Positions 51,001-62,809 are shown, numbered from the whole stretch's first letter. The stretch: 63,952 nt of DNA, filler included, from Octopus bimaculoides (GCF_001194135.2; 5 parts of 5 records of this genome joined end to end with filler, not necessarily neighbours in it), one strand, 5' to 3'. Notes: generated from the sequence alone by a model not told the origin. Numbers and translations: made by a program.

Positions 51001-51277
51001 TGAAACTGTGTCTTGATGGCTCCTGAAGTTGTGTCGCAGCAACCCCTGAACTTATATCTTGGAAACTGCTGAATTTGTGTTTTGGCAATCTCTGAAACTT
51101 TATCTTGGTGACCCCTGAAACTGCATCTCAGTGGCCTCTGAAGTTGTGTCTCGATAGTCCCTGAAATTGTGTCTCGACAGCCTTTCAAACTCTTTTTTGA
51201 CAACCCCTGAAGTTGTATTTCAGTGGCCTCTGAAACTGTGTGTTGGTGGCCCTTGAAATTGGTGTCTTGGTGGCTGC
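51001..51277. repeat. Diverged 23-bp minisatellite (about 12 copies)
   Basis: Unit similar to tgaaactgtgtcttggtggcccc. Confidence 0.85.
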
Positions 51278-51955
51278 TCTTGTGCTGCTATCCCCTTGTG
51301 TGACTTAAATCCTTAAAAATAATTCTCAACTCTGGTGTGATTAGAACCCATGTCATCATCCACCAAATATGATATGTCTAGTTGAATGTACTGCATCATC
51401 TGCACCACTAATCTACATATAAAATATATTGGAAGATCCAGAAGGATTATCTGTTGCTCATTGTGGATTATCCAGTCTCAGTACAAGTAACTGGTGTCTC
51501 TGTCTGAGATTAACCTTCATCAATTCCTTGGATTACAGTAATCTTTATTGTTCAACTGTTAATTGAGAGAATAACACTAATAATGATGACAATGATGATA
51601 ATAACAATAATGATGGTGGTGATGATGATGATGATGACGATGACGATGGCGACGACGACGATGATGAAGAGGATCACAGTGCATTTGATACCACTTTCTT
51701 TAGTGGTGACAGTCAACACCACCACCATCACCACCACCATCATCACCACCACCATCATCACCACCACTATTATCACCACCACCACCACAACCACAACCAC
51801 CACTACCACCACTACCACCACTACAATCCACAACACTACCACGTCCACACTATTTACGCAATGAAAGCTACCATCAAGAACAACATATGCATTTATGCAC
51901 ATACACACATACACAAACACTGACACACACATGCATATAGCCTACACACACACAC

Positions 51956-52004
<49 letters not shown>

Positions 52005-52024
52005 TAGANNNNNNNNNNATATAT

Positions 52025-52067
<43 letters not shown>

Positions 52068-52129
52068 TAGATAGATAGATAGATATAGATATAGATATAT
52101 AGATATATAGATATTAGTTGCCATTATTG

Positions 52130-52310
52130 ATTGCTAATTCCACAAGTTTTTTATTCTCTCTGTGTTTATTTCCTTATATTCCTTTTTGTTAAAGAGCGTA
52201 GGCTCGAAACATAAAAGACTTTCTCACTTTCCTGAGCGTCAAACTAATACACCTGCTCGCTGTTCATACACTTGTCTTTGTCTTTTGTTTTTCTGTAAAT
52301 TTCAACTATA
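52130..52310 (+). mobile_element. Short dispersed repeat with a gagc-gtag-gctc-GAAAC stem (inverted homolog at 58410-58575)
   Basis: aaagagcgtaggctcgaaacataaaagact...ctaataca, versus the reverse complement of 58410-58575. Confidence 0.6.
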
Positions 52311-52326
52311 TATATATATCTATCTA

Positions 52327-52361
<35 letters not shown>

Positions 52362-53075
52362 NNNNNNNNNNNNNNNNNNNNNNNNNNNNNNNNNNNNNNN
52401 NNNNNNNNNNNNNNNNNNNNNNNNNNNNNNNNNNNNNNNNNNNNNNNNNNNNNNNNNNNNNNNNNNNNNNNNNNNNNNNNNNNNNNNNNNNNNNNNNNNN
52501 NNNNNNNNNNNNNNNNNNNNNNNNNNNNNNNNNNNNNNNNNNNNNNNNNNNNNNNNNNNNNNNNNNNNNNNNNNNNNNNNNNNNNNNNNNNNNNNNNNNN
52601 NNNNNNNNNNNNNNNNNNNNNNNNNNNNNNNNNNNNNNNNNNNNNNNNNNNNNNNNNNNNNNNNNNNNNNNNNNNNNNNNNNNNNNNNNNNNNNNNNNNN
52701 NNNNNNNNNNNNNNNNNNNNNNNNNNNNNNNNNNNNNNNNNNNNNATATATATATATATATATACATACATATATACATATATACATACAGACATATATA
52801 CATTTACATACACATACACACAGATACACACACACGCACCTACATATGTGTGAGTGTGTCTTTGTGTCTGTGTTTGTTCCCTCACTGTTGCTTGACAACT
52901 GGTGTTTGTGTGTTTATATCCCCGTAACTTAGCAGTTTGGCAAGCGAGAGCGATAAAATAAGTACCAGTACTTTAACAAATATTTACTGGGGTCAATTCA
53001 TTCAACTAAAATCGTTCAGTGCGGTGCCCTAGGGGTGGGGCCACAGTCTGATGACTAAAACAAGTAAATGAGACA

Positions 53076-53545
53076 TAGGAGGGATACCAAAAAGAAACCA
53101 GAATTTTGCAATGTTATTTTATTCATTTGTTTACACTTTTATCGCCTTCGAAGTATTCTCCATTTGAAGCAATGCATCGGTCCAGGCATGTTTTCCACTG
53201 TTTGAAACAGTGCTGGAACTCTTGCAAAGTGATGCCTTTTAATGCCTCCATCGTTTTTTTTCCTTCACCTCTTCCACATTTGCAAATTCCATATCACCAG
53301 CTTTCATCACTGGTAATGGACCTTCAAAGAAAGGTCTGGATCAACTTCCAACTGTTCTTTCAGTTCACAACACACGTTCAGTCGTGACTACTTTTGATCT
53401 TCCGTGAGCAAGCGAGGAACAAATTTTGCTGCAACTCTTTCCATTTGCAATTCCTTGCTCAACATTTGGTGGCAAGAGCTCCAAGACACACCAGTCATAT
53501 CAACAAGTTTGTCAATTATTCAGTGACGGTTCTCCAAAATCAGTA
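53076..53545 (-). mobile_element. Internally deleted mariner remnant
   Basis: MERVAAKFVPRLLTEDQK...ITSDESW is joined directly to FANVEEVK...FKQWKTCLDRCIASNGEYFEGD. Confidence 0.9.
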
Positions 53546-54000
53546 GGAAAGTCTTTTCTTCCTCCATTTTCTAAAGAGGCCATAGGCCAACAGGCTTAGG
53601 GTCTGAAGAAACACTGAAAAGCTAAGCACTTTATGGGCATGAAACCCAGGGTAACCCCATAGACTGGTCGTATCTATCTTTATCTATATATGTATATACT
53701 CTATTTGTGGATTAACCAGGCTATTATTGGTTTCATGTTAAGAGAAATATATCTCTCAACAATTTTCGAGCCTGTTGCTTGGGACGTTGGTGTTTGTCTT
53801 TATCTTGGATGAAATTGATATTCTTCTCTTTTTTCTCTGCTTTTCCTATTTATTCAACAATGTAGTGTTGAACACTCATTCTCAGTTTGACAATAACATA
53901 TGTACACACACACACATGCACGTGCACACACACACAAATATATCTAACTATCTATTTATACATATATAAACACATATATATATACATATGTGTGTGTGTG

Positions 54001-54392
54001 AAATGGCCTCACGGTGGCAAAGTGGCTGAGTTCTTTTTGACTGTTGGGCCTCATGGAGGCAATGACCGAGACCTTCGGCATTATGTCGTGCTTGAGAAGA
54101 CATATCAAGCAGAGAAAAATCACAGTCATGGCAGATACTGGTGTCATGCAAATTGACACCTGTGCCGGTGGCACATAAACACAACCTAGTGTCATGTAAA
54201 TGGCACCCGTGCCAGTGGCACATAAAAGCACCCATTATACTCTCGGAGTGGTTGGTGTTAGGAAGGGCATCCAGTTGTAGAAGACCATGCCAAAACAGTC
54301 TGGTGCAGCCTTTCAGCATGCCAACCCCGTCAAACCATCCAATCCATGCCCGCATGGACAATGAACATTAAATGATGATGATGATGATGATG
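54001..54392 (+). mobile_element. RTE LINE 3' UTR or derived SINE with (GAT)n tail
   Basis: ggagtggttggtgttaggaagggcatccag...aatccatgcc...ttaaatgatgatg. Confidence 0.75.
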
Positions 54393-54418
54393 ATATCTAT
54401 CTATCTACACCAATATAA

Positions 54419-54457
<39 letters not shown>

Positions 54458-54894
54458 TGTGTGTGTATACCTCCATTTAATGCTACATGGTAGTTTTCCT
54501 TAAAACTGTTCAATATAGAATTGTTTAGGAGGCAGTGGTATGGTTTCTTTGTTGACCTCAGAGAAAGTTTTTGTTCAATCATACAAAATATGGTTTTGTT
54601 CAGTTTTGTCGTATTGATTTTGTTCTTTTGTTCTCTTCAGAATAGATTTTGGTATCATATCAGAATTTGATGTTTGTGATGAGTTTAACTCTTTTTTTTA
54701 TATGACCTTGCCTGAGACCACCACTGGTCCTATGATACAAACTTCTAAAATCTTCCATCAAAATTTCATATCAAATTTTGTTCCAAACAGCAGCTTGAGA
54801 ATGACTAAGTTCACCATCAACATCATCATCATCATCATCATCACCACCACCACCACTACCATAACCACCACCACTGCCGCCGCCGCCGCCACCA

Positions 54895-55396
54895 CCACCA
54901 CCATCATTTAATGTCTGCTTTCCATGCTGACATGGGTTGGACAGTTTAATAACGGAGTTGGCTAGCAGGGAGCTGTCCAGACTCCAGCTGTCTGTTGTGG
55001 CATAGTTTCTATGATTGGATGCCCTTCCTCACACCAGCCACTTAACAGAGTGTGCTGGGTGCCTTTTACATGCTACCGGCACAGGTGTGTTTACACAAAA
55101 CTGGCATAGATGCTTTTCAAGTAGCACCGGCACCTGCAAAGGACAAGCCTGTATGTATGGATGGCAGCAGTTTTACTTAGCTTGATGCGTCTTCTCTCAA
55201 CTACAGCAAATCACCACATCTCCCAGTCCCTTGTCATTTCCTCACTATGGTCAACTGAAGATCTTTCTCACCACTTCATCCCATGTCTTCCTAGGTCTAC
55301 CCCTTCCACATGTACCCTCCACAGTTAGAACTCAGGACTTCTTTATGCAGCTGCCCTCATCCTTATGCATCGCATGACCAAACCAGTGCAGTCTTA
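54895..55396 (-). mobile_element. RTE LINE 3' fragment
   Basis: RLHWFGHAMH...CIKK...VEGTCGRGRPRKTWDEVVRKD followed by the 3' UTR. Confidence 0.85.
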
Positions 55397-55494
55397 TAAG
55401 TTCTCCATTATTTCTGAAATTATTTGAAACAAAGGCAGTGTAGAAATAGTACATTTCTAAATCTCTCAGAGAGATTTATGCAGTAATGATATGA

Positions 55495-55832
55495 TGAAGT
55501 AGTTGTATGCTGTCAACTTAATGTGACAGTCCCATGAAGGGAATAATACTACTGTTGTTTAGACCTAGGAAGCTGCACCGCTTCCTGTCGGCCTTGACAC
55601 ATTTCCTGTGTCCTTATGTTTACAAGGGGGAGACAAGCACCTCCACCCAGAAACATGTCTCTGGATGCAAGCTTAGCTGGGTGGGGGTGCTTGTCTCCCC
55701 CTTGTAAACATAAGGACACAGGAAATGTGTCAAGACCGACAGGAAGTGGTGCAGCTTCCTAGGTCTAAACAACAGTAGTATTATTCCCTTCATGGGACTG
55801 TCACATTAAGTTGACAGTATAACACTACTTCA
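55495..55832. repeat. Long fold-back palindrome (arms 156 bp, 26-nt loop)
   Basis: The arms 55495-55650 and 55677-55832 differ by about 4 internal substitutions. Confidence 0.95.
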
Positions 55833-56416
55833 AAGACAGTGTAGTTTAAGAGAAGTACAGTAACAAAAAGGTTAAATATTGCATGACTATCATCAGCCTA
55901 TGTGTTCTGTGACTCACTTTGGACTGCTCCTGGTTTTATGATGCAAACCTCCTGTTTTAAAACAATTCTAAATCAAAACCTTCCATCACTAAACAAGACT
56001 GAGAAAAGGCATAGTATTGAAGGAGATGGCTTTATACCAGTAGTTGAGAGACTAAAGTATTATAGAGGGACAGGAGCAGGTGTCTAGTTGTAGAGGAGAT
56101 ACATGGCTACCTCAGTTGGAAAGGGAGAGAAAAATAGGGGTGATGAGAACTCAGGGTCTACCCTCAAAGTACAAGAATGTGGACATAGGAAAAAGTAAGG
56201 ACAGAGGTTCTGGAAGGGTTGGTGAAAATATATACAGTGGAATTTTTGTTAATGAATTTAATTCATTCCTAAAAGCTGTTTGTCACCCAAAATGTTCATA
56301 AGCCAAAACTATTTTTTCACTAGAAAATTCAAAGAAAGGTACAGCAAATTTGAGCAGAGACATACAGTGAGCAATAATTAGACAGCAATTGATACTCTCC
56401 TGTTGATAGTCCCAGC

Positions 56417-56578
56417 TTGTCACCCATCCTTGTTGGCAATTCACATGTTCAGTGCTCAACACATTGTTTGTCACCCATCCTTGTTGGCAATTCACATGTT
56501 CAGTGCTCAATACATTGTTTGTCACCCATCCTTGTTGGCAATTCACATGTTCAGTGCTCAACACATTGTTTGTCACCC
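56417..56578. repeat. 51-bp tandem repeat, 3.2 near-identical copies
   Basis: ttgtcaccc recurs at 56417, 56468, 56519 and 56570. Confidence 0.95.
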
Positions 56579-56614
56579 AAGATGTTTTATGTCAAAAAAA
56601 AATTGTTTGTAAAT

Positions 56615-56656
56615 TTTTTTTGTGATGATCAAAGGCATTCACAAACTGAGGTCCCA

Positions 56657-56700
<44 letters not shown>

Positions 56701-56719
56701 GTGTATATATATATATGTG

Positions 56720-56799
<80 letters not shown>

Positions 56800-56818
56800 C
56801 ATATATATATATATATAT

Positions 56819-56855
<37 letters not shown>

Positions 56856-57040
56856 AACATGCATATATATACATACACACACACACATATATATATGTGC
56901 ATGTATATATGCACACGTATATGTATATCAGTGTATGTGTATGTGAGTGTGTTAGTGTGGATGTATATATATGTACGTACACATGGTTTTGTCTTCATGT
57001 ATGCGAGTGTATATATGTGTGTGAGTGTGTGTGTATGTAT
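56615..57040. repeat. (TA)n/(TG)n/(CATA)n compound microsatellite
   Basis: Direct reading. Confidence 0.9.
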
Positions 57041-57175
57041 GATCTTGTAACCTGTCTCCTTTTTGACTTCCAATGCTGACGCCACCTAAACTCTCAAGTA
57101 TCCAAACAGACCTGGCCAACCATAAGCTTATTTCCATTTCTCTCTATATCCATTATTATTATAATAATAATAATA

Positions 57176-57214
<39 letters not shown>

Positions 57215-57324
57215 TACAATTTTTACCAATCTTCTTCTTATTGTCATTGTTCCTTTATTAAAGTTCTGCATTCTCTTGTAATTTTTTTCTTTTCCTTTTT
57301 GCTCTCTTTTCATTAGCCTTGCAG

Positions 57325-57413
57325 ATTCACCGTCATCATCAATAAAGATGCTGCGTTTGACGCATTACTGCACATCTATGCAGTATCGACGAATATATAT
57401 CCGGCATTGGGAG
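57325..57413 (+). CDS. Candidate internal exon, product unknown
   Basis: Long pyrimidine tract ending ttgcag|, donor gag|gtgagc, and two open frames (FTVIINKDAAFDALLHIYAVSTNIYPALG or SPSSSIKMLRLTHYCTSMQYRRIYIRHWE). The opposite strand also shows splice-like signals. Confidence 0.3.
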
Positions 57414-57863
57414 GTGAGCGACATGTGACTAGAGAATGTAAACAAAATGAAGAAAACAAAAAGAAACAAAACAGAAAGCCCCACCAACGCAATAGACTAC
57501 TTCAACCGGTCTCATAATACAATAAACCACCAGGTCCAAGCATAAATTCACTCTTGATCACGTTCGCTCCTACTCTTACTTGCACTCACAGTCACTACTT
57601 CATTTCGTTCACTCACTCACTCAGACAACAGGAAGTTCAATGATTGAATAACTATGAACCAATCACAAACATTACGTAACATAACCAGCTTTTCTTCCTT
57701 GATGTTGTAGGGTGAGAGATAACATCGGAAAAAGTGTGTGTGTGGTATTGCTGCTTCATGTGTGAGTATGTAGCAGATGTGTATATGTCTGTGTGTGCAT
57801 ATGAATGTGTGTGTATGTATATATATAGGTATATGTATATGTGTATATATATGTATATATATA

Positions 57864-57906
<43 letters not shown>

Positions 57907-57939
57907 GTGTATATGTGTATGTATATATATATATATATT

Positions 57940-57980
<41 letters not shown>

Positions 57981-58094
57981 GTGTATATGCAGGCATAAAT
58001 GTGTGTGTATATGCATGTATGTGTTTGTGTAAATACATGTAGGTATGTGCATGCGCACACATTTGGATATATATGGTGGTGGTTGGCTGCATCT

Positions 58095-58340
58095 CATGTT
58101 TCCGAGCTTGCAATCCAGATTATTTTCCTGGGTGTTTGAACCGCAGATGGCTCCGCAATCCAAGGGTTGCATGAAACATATGGGGACATTGTTGACAAGG
58201 GATAGAAGGGGTTGGTTTGGGAAGGAAAAGGCGTTGCATTCTCTCCCGTCTCTTGAAAAGCACCAACATAGACCCCGCACACTGGGAGGATATCTTGGCA
58301 AACAGACCCCTCTGGAGACACACCATCAAAAAAAAAAATG
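58095..58340 (+). mobile_element. RTE LINE C-terminal fragment
   Basis: LKSTNIDPAHWEDILANRPLWRHTIK. Confidence 0.75.
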
Positions 58341-59057
58341 GATATATATTTAGCTATATCTATATCTATCTATATATCTATCTTGCTCTATGTATATAAA
58401 TACATATATAGGGAGAATTCACAAAAAAAAAACATAAGACGAAGACAGGTGGTGGAGACAACAAACAGATGTATTAGTTTAATGCTTGGGAAGTGAAAAA
58501 GTGTTTAACGTTTCGAGCCTATGCTCTTCCATGGAAAGGAACACAGAAAGAAACAAGGAGAGAAACTAAAGAATGTGTAGTGGCTAGCGATCGATCATGG
58601 CAAATATATATATATATATCATCATCATCATCATCAACTATGATGATGATGAAGATGACGGTCCTCCTGACAATGTCCTTAGCCTGGATCCTACAAAGGA
58701 CCTGTTGAGGTAGCGAACCACGAAACGTGGTTGGAATTCTTCTGTACATATATAAATACAACTACATATATACATATATACATAAATACATGCATAAATA
58801 CATACATACATACATACATACATACATACATTCATAGTCCACAGACGAGATCTAGAGATCCTCTGTACAGAAGACAGTAGAGCTCAAAAGAATTCAAACT
58901 TAGACTCCAGTGTCTTTACAGGAGACCGATTCCACAAGGTAAAGTCTGGCTATATGTGGGATCAAGCTGAGTGGATATAGAAGTAATTATGCAGACAAGC
59001 AAATTAAATATATTAAATATAATAGTTTGGGTATGAAATACAAAATATGTATATATA

Positions 59058-61380
59058 TCATCATCATCATCATCGTTTAACATCCGCTTTCCATGCTAGC
59101 ATGGGTTGGATGATTTGACTGAGGACTGGTGAACCAGATGGCTACACCAGGCTCCAATCTGATTTGGCAGAGTTTCTACAGCTGGATGCCCTTCCTAATT
59201 CCTAATGCCATCTACTCCGAGAGTGTAGTGGGTGCTTTTCATGGGTCTTCCATTTCCAGAGGTTCCTTCTACATTTTGTGATCAGCACTTCTTTATGCAA
59301 CTGATCTCAGCAATCCACATCACATGACCACACCAACACAGTCTTCTCTCTTGCATACAGCATATAATACCTCTTATACCCAATTGTTTCTCTCAACACA
59401 TTTGTAATTTATCATACATGTATACTGATGCTGCACATCCAAACCGAACATTCTAGTTTCATTTCTTCCTCATCTTTGCATGTCCTCTGCATTTTCAGCC
59501 CAAACTTCTTTATCATGTAGCATTGCTGTTTGTACATAGGCATCATAAGATTTGAGAGAGGCTTTTTGTTACTAACAGAGGTAATAGTTCCCTGGTCTTT
59601 CTCCAGCCAGTTCTTATTCTAGCATCTCTTCTTTCAGAGCATCTTCCTCCATTGCTAATTAGGTCACCTGGATCCTCCTGAGCATTCTAGAAAAATCTAA
59701 TTGCATCTAAACATCTGCCACAAACAAAATCTATTTTCTCTGTTAACTTTCCTGTGATTCAACTGCACCCCTTATGTATCCATATTTTGCATTGAGTACA
59801 CTGAATGGAATTTCTACCAACACCTCTTCCACATATTGAACAGGGCCATTTGCCCAAAGGGATTAGTGTCTTGTTTATTTTCCTGCTTACTGGGATTTTG
59901 GTCTTTGTTAAGTTAACCAAGTTAACTAAGGCCCTTTGATTACAGGTTTTGCTTCCACCACTCCTGGAATTTCATTTTTAATTCTGCTAAAGTTTCAGCT
60001 ATAAGAGCAAGGTCATCAGCATAAAAAAGTTCCCATGGACAGGCCCATCATAAATTCTTCTGTTATGATCAGGAGGACTATAATTAAATAAGTGGGGATT
60101 GAAAACTGACCCCTGAAGAACTCCTACCTGCAGACTAGATTCATCACTGTATTCATTGTTAACCCTCACTTTACTGACAGCATCTCTGTACATGGCTTGA
60201 ACAAGCCTCACCAGCCATTCATCTATTCCTAGCTTCCACAGCAACCACCAGATGAGGGAGGAAGGCTTTCTCCAAGTTGACAAATGTCAGATATAATGGT
60301 TTACTTTTTGCTAAACATTTCTCCTGCTGTTGCCAAACTATAAAGAAAGCTTCAGCACTACTTCAGCCTGGCACAAAACCAAACTGAAACTCATCCAGGT
60401 TAACTTTATTCCTAATTGATTGAACTACAGATCTTTCAGTGACTTTTGCAACCTGGTCCAGTAATTTGATACCACTGTAGTTACTTCTTTCTAAGGTGTC
60501 TTGTTTACCTTTGTAAAAGTTGACTATGATGCTGCTACACCAGTTGTTGAGTATGATACCTGATTAACTATATAGCTTTACTCTCATTTAATGCAGGCCC
60601 TGCACCAGATAGCTGGAAAGGTCTCTAGGGGCCTGACGTCACCTTGGAAGATGCAAAGGGGCTGGCACAGGACCATCAGCAATGAAGAGCACTGGCGGAC
60701 CTGGTCAACTCTAAGCATGATGCTGCCTCTGGGACCACTAACCTGGGACGACCCCAGCCCCCTCAAGCAAGAGCATGCAGCCAAGCCAAGCTATGTCCTG
60801 CTCCACTAGATATTTTAAGCATCTCAGTAGTAATTCCTGATAGACTCAGGGTTTTCCCAACCTTCATATTCTTAATTGCTTTATTTATCAAACTGCTGTC
60901 TACAAGAATGGCTAGACACTCTGCTATGTTCACATTACGAAGGCTCTCTTTCTTCCATTCATTCTCCACATTTAGTAGTCTTTCATAATAGCATTTTCAT
61001 GCCTCTTTCTTTTCAAAATCAATAAGTGCAAGTGTACTATTATTCTTTCGTTTACACTTCACTCCCACAAAATCTTGATTTTCTCTGATAATTGCCTTGC
61101 AATTTAGAACACCACTTGCCTTTCATCCTCACACTGTAGAACATTGGTAAACTTCTTCTTTCCTGCTTCCCTTTTTGACTATTATTTCTAACATGTAGGG
61201 CAACCACATAAAGGCATCAGCTTCCATGATTGTTGGTTTGCAGAAACCCTTTTTGGTTCATCTGATCTATTTCACTGCTATTTCTAGCATTTAGAGCAAC
61301 TACATGTTGGCTCTTGTCGGCTCATCTGATGCACATTTGTGCTGAGTTGTCATATAGATGCTCGCCTGCCTCATTAAAAA
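59058..61380 (-). mobile_element. Decayed RTE-clade LINE (RT domain, 3' UTR, (GAT)n tail)
   Basis: AIKNMKVGK, IVNLYKGK, GIKLLDQV, QFGFVPG, FVNLEKAF, WKLGIDEWLVRLVQAMYRDAVSKVRVN and GVLQGSV, with many stops and frameshifts. Confidence 0.92.
60590..60795 (+). mobile_element. LINE 3' end inserted in opposite orientation inside the RTE
   Basis: LEDAKGLAQDHQQ*RALA followed by a caagc-type tail; interrupts the RTE reading. Confidence 0.55.
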
Positions 61381-61641
61381 GTGATTTATTTCTCAAAGCT
61401 GTCAGCAAAATATAAAACCTATTCTAAGGATGGTTATGAAGAGGATATCAAATATTCATTCATCCTTTATCCTCCCCTGTATTCAGATACACACACACAC
61501 ATTCTGATGCAAAGACACACATACACACATACAGATATCATATGTATGCATTTGAATATATATGAATATGCAAGTATACATAAACATACATATACACATA
61601 TCTATCTATCTATGTATCTATCTATCTCTATACATATATAT

Positions 61642-61919
61642 CTATTTATCATCATAAATATACAGGGATTAGCAATTGAGTTGCTTCTCCAACATACTGA
61701 AAATTTAGAAATAGCAGTCAAAGAACTACTGATTCCAAACTACAAATTTTTCTCTAAAGCGGATGGCGATATTTATGGCACACATAGAATATCGCCATCC
61801 GCTTTAGAGAAAAATTTGTAGTTTGGAATCAGTAGTTCTTTGACTGCTATTTCTAAATTTTCAGTATGTTGGAGAAGCAACTCAATTGCTAATCCCTGTA
61901 TATTTATGATGATAAATAG
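61642..61919. repeat. Perfect fold-back palindrome (arms 132 bp, 14-nt loop)
   Basis: 61642-61773 is the exact reverse complement of 61788-61919 by manual comparison. Confidence 0.97.
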
Positions 61920-62088
61920 TTTTACCGATAAAGGTTTTTTTCATACTGAACTACTTGGCAAAATTGTTAATTATTAATTCTATTATTAATTGACGATTCT
62001 CTGCCCTTATTCTTGTATATTCTATACATATATATGTATATACACACATATAAATACACACACACATATATATGTATATTTATACTTG

Positions 62089-62119
<31 letters not shown>

Positions 62120-62214
62120 ACATATGTATGCTTGTGTATATTGTGTATATATATATATGTATACATATATATATATATACTTATATATACATATATATAT
62201 GTATGTGTATACTC

Positions 62215-62384
62215 TCTGAGTGGTTGGCGTTAGGAAGGGCAACCAGCTGTAGAAACTCTGCCAAATCAGATTGGAGCCTGGTGTAGCCATCTGGTTTCAC
62301 CAGTCCTCAGTCAAACAGTCAAATCGTCCAACCCATGCTAGCATGGAAAGCAGACGTTAAACGACGATGATGATGATGATGATG

Positions 62385-62386
<2 letters not shown>
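62215..62386 (+). mobile_element. RTE 3' UTR or derived SINE with (GAT)n tail
   Basis: gagtggttggcgttaggaagggc...aacccatgctagcatggaaagcagacgttaaacgacgatgat. Confidence 0.85.
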
Positions 62387-62418
<32 letters not shown>

Positions 62419-62462
62419 NNNNNNNNNNNNNNNNNNNNNNNNNNNNNNNNNNNNNNNNNNNN

Positions 62463-62474
62463 TTAATTAATTAA
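62463..62474. other. Artificial six-frame stop linker (assembly join)
   Basis: N44-TTAATTAATTAA-N44. Confidence 0.95.
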
Positions 62475-62559
62475 NNNNNNNNNNNNNNNNNNNNNNNNNN
62501 NNNNNNNNNNNNNNNNNNCTGAACTATCAACACAACAATATTTATTACAATAGAATTCG

Positions 62560-62790
62560 GCAGCACTTCGCCCTTTGGTTACTGAGACGCCGTCAATGAA
62601 GTTGCGTGGTTATTTGTGTAGCTCCAGAGTTGGAATGTTGGAGAGTGGCTGCTACAACGTCTAGGCTCTTCGCCGGCCAGGGTGAAAGAAGCGGGAACGT
62701 TTGGATATCGATGACTACGCATGCGCATGAGACTCTTCCTGTATTCCTTCCGGAACTAGTCCCTGCGCATGCGTGGATAAAAACTTCGGA
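62560..62790. promoter_or_regulatory. CpG-rich housekeeping-type promoter with NRF1-like and ETS-like motifs
   Basis: ACGCATGCGCAT at 62717-62728, TGCGCATGCG at 62764-62773, CTTCCGG at 62747-62753 and CGGAAAT at 62787. Confidence 0.6.
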
Positions 62791-62791
62791 A

Positions 62792-62809
62792 ATGTTGTCT
62801 GCTATAAAG
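62792..62809 (+). CDS. Candidate first coding exon (MLSAIK)
   Basis: ATG just downstream of the promoter motifs; weak donor aag|gtgtca. Confidence 0.3.

Noticed and set aside
54640-54800. IDFG kinase-like reading after a strong acceptor
   Set aside because: Runs into a dispersed repeat related to 49980-50100 and lacks HRD or APE context.
56417-56578. CRISPR-like array
   Set aside because: Contiguous tandem units with no unique spacers, eukaryotic context and no cas genes.
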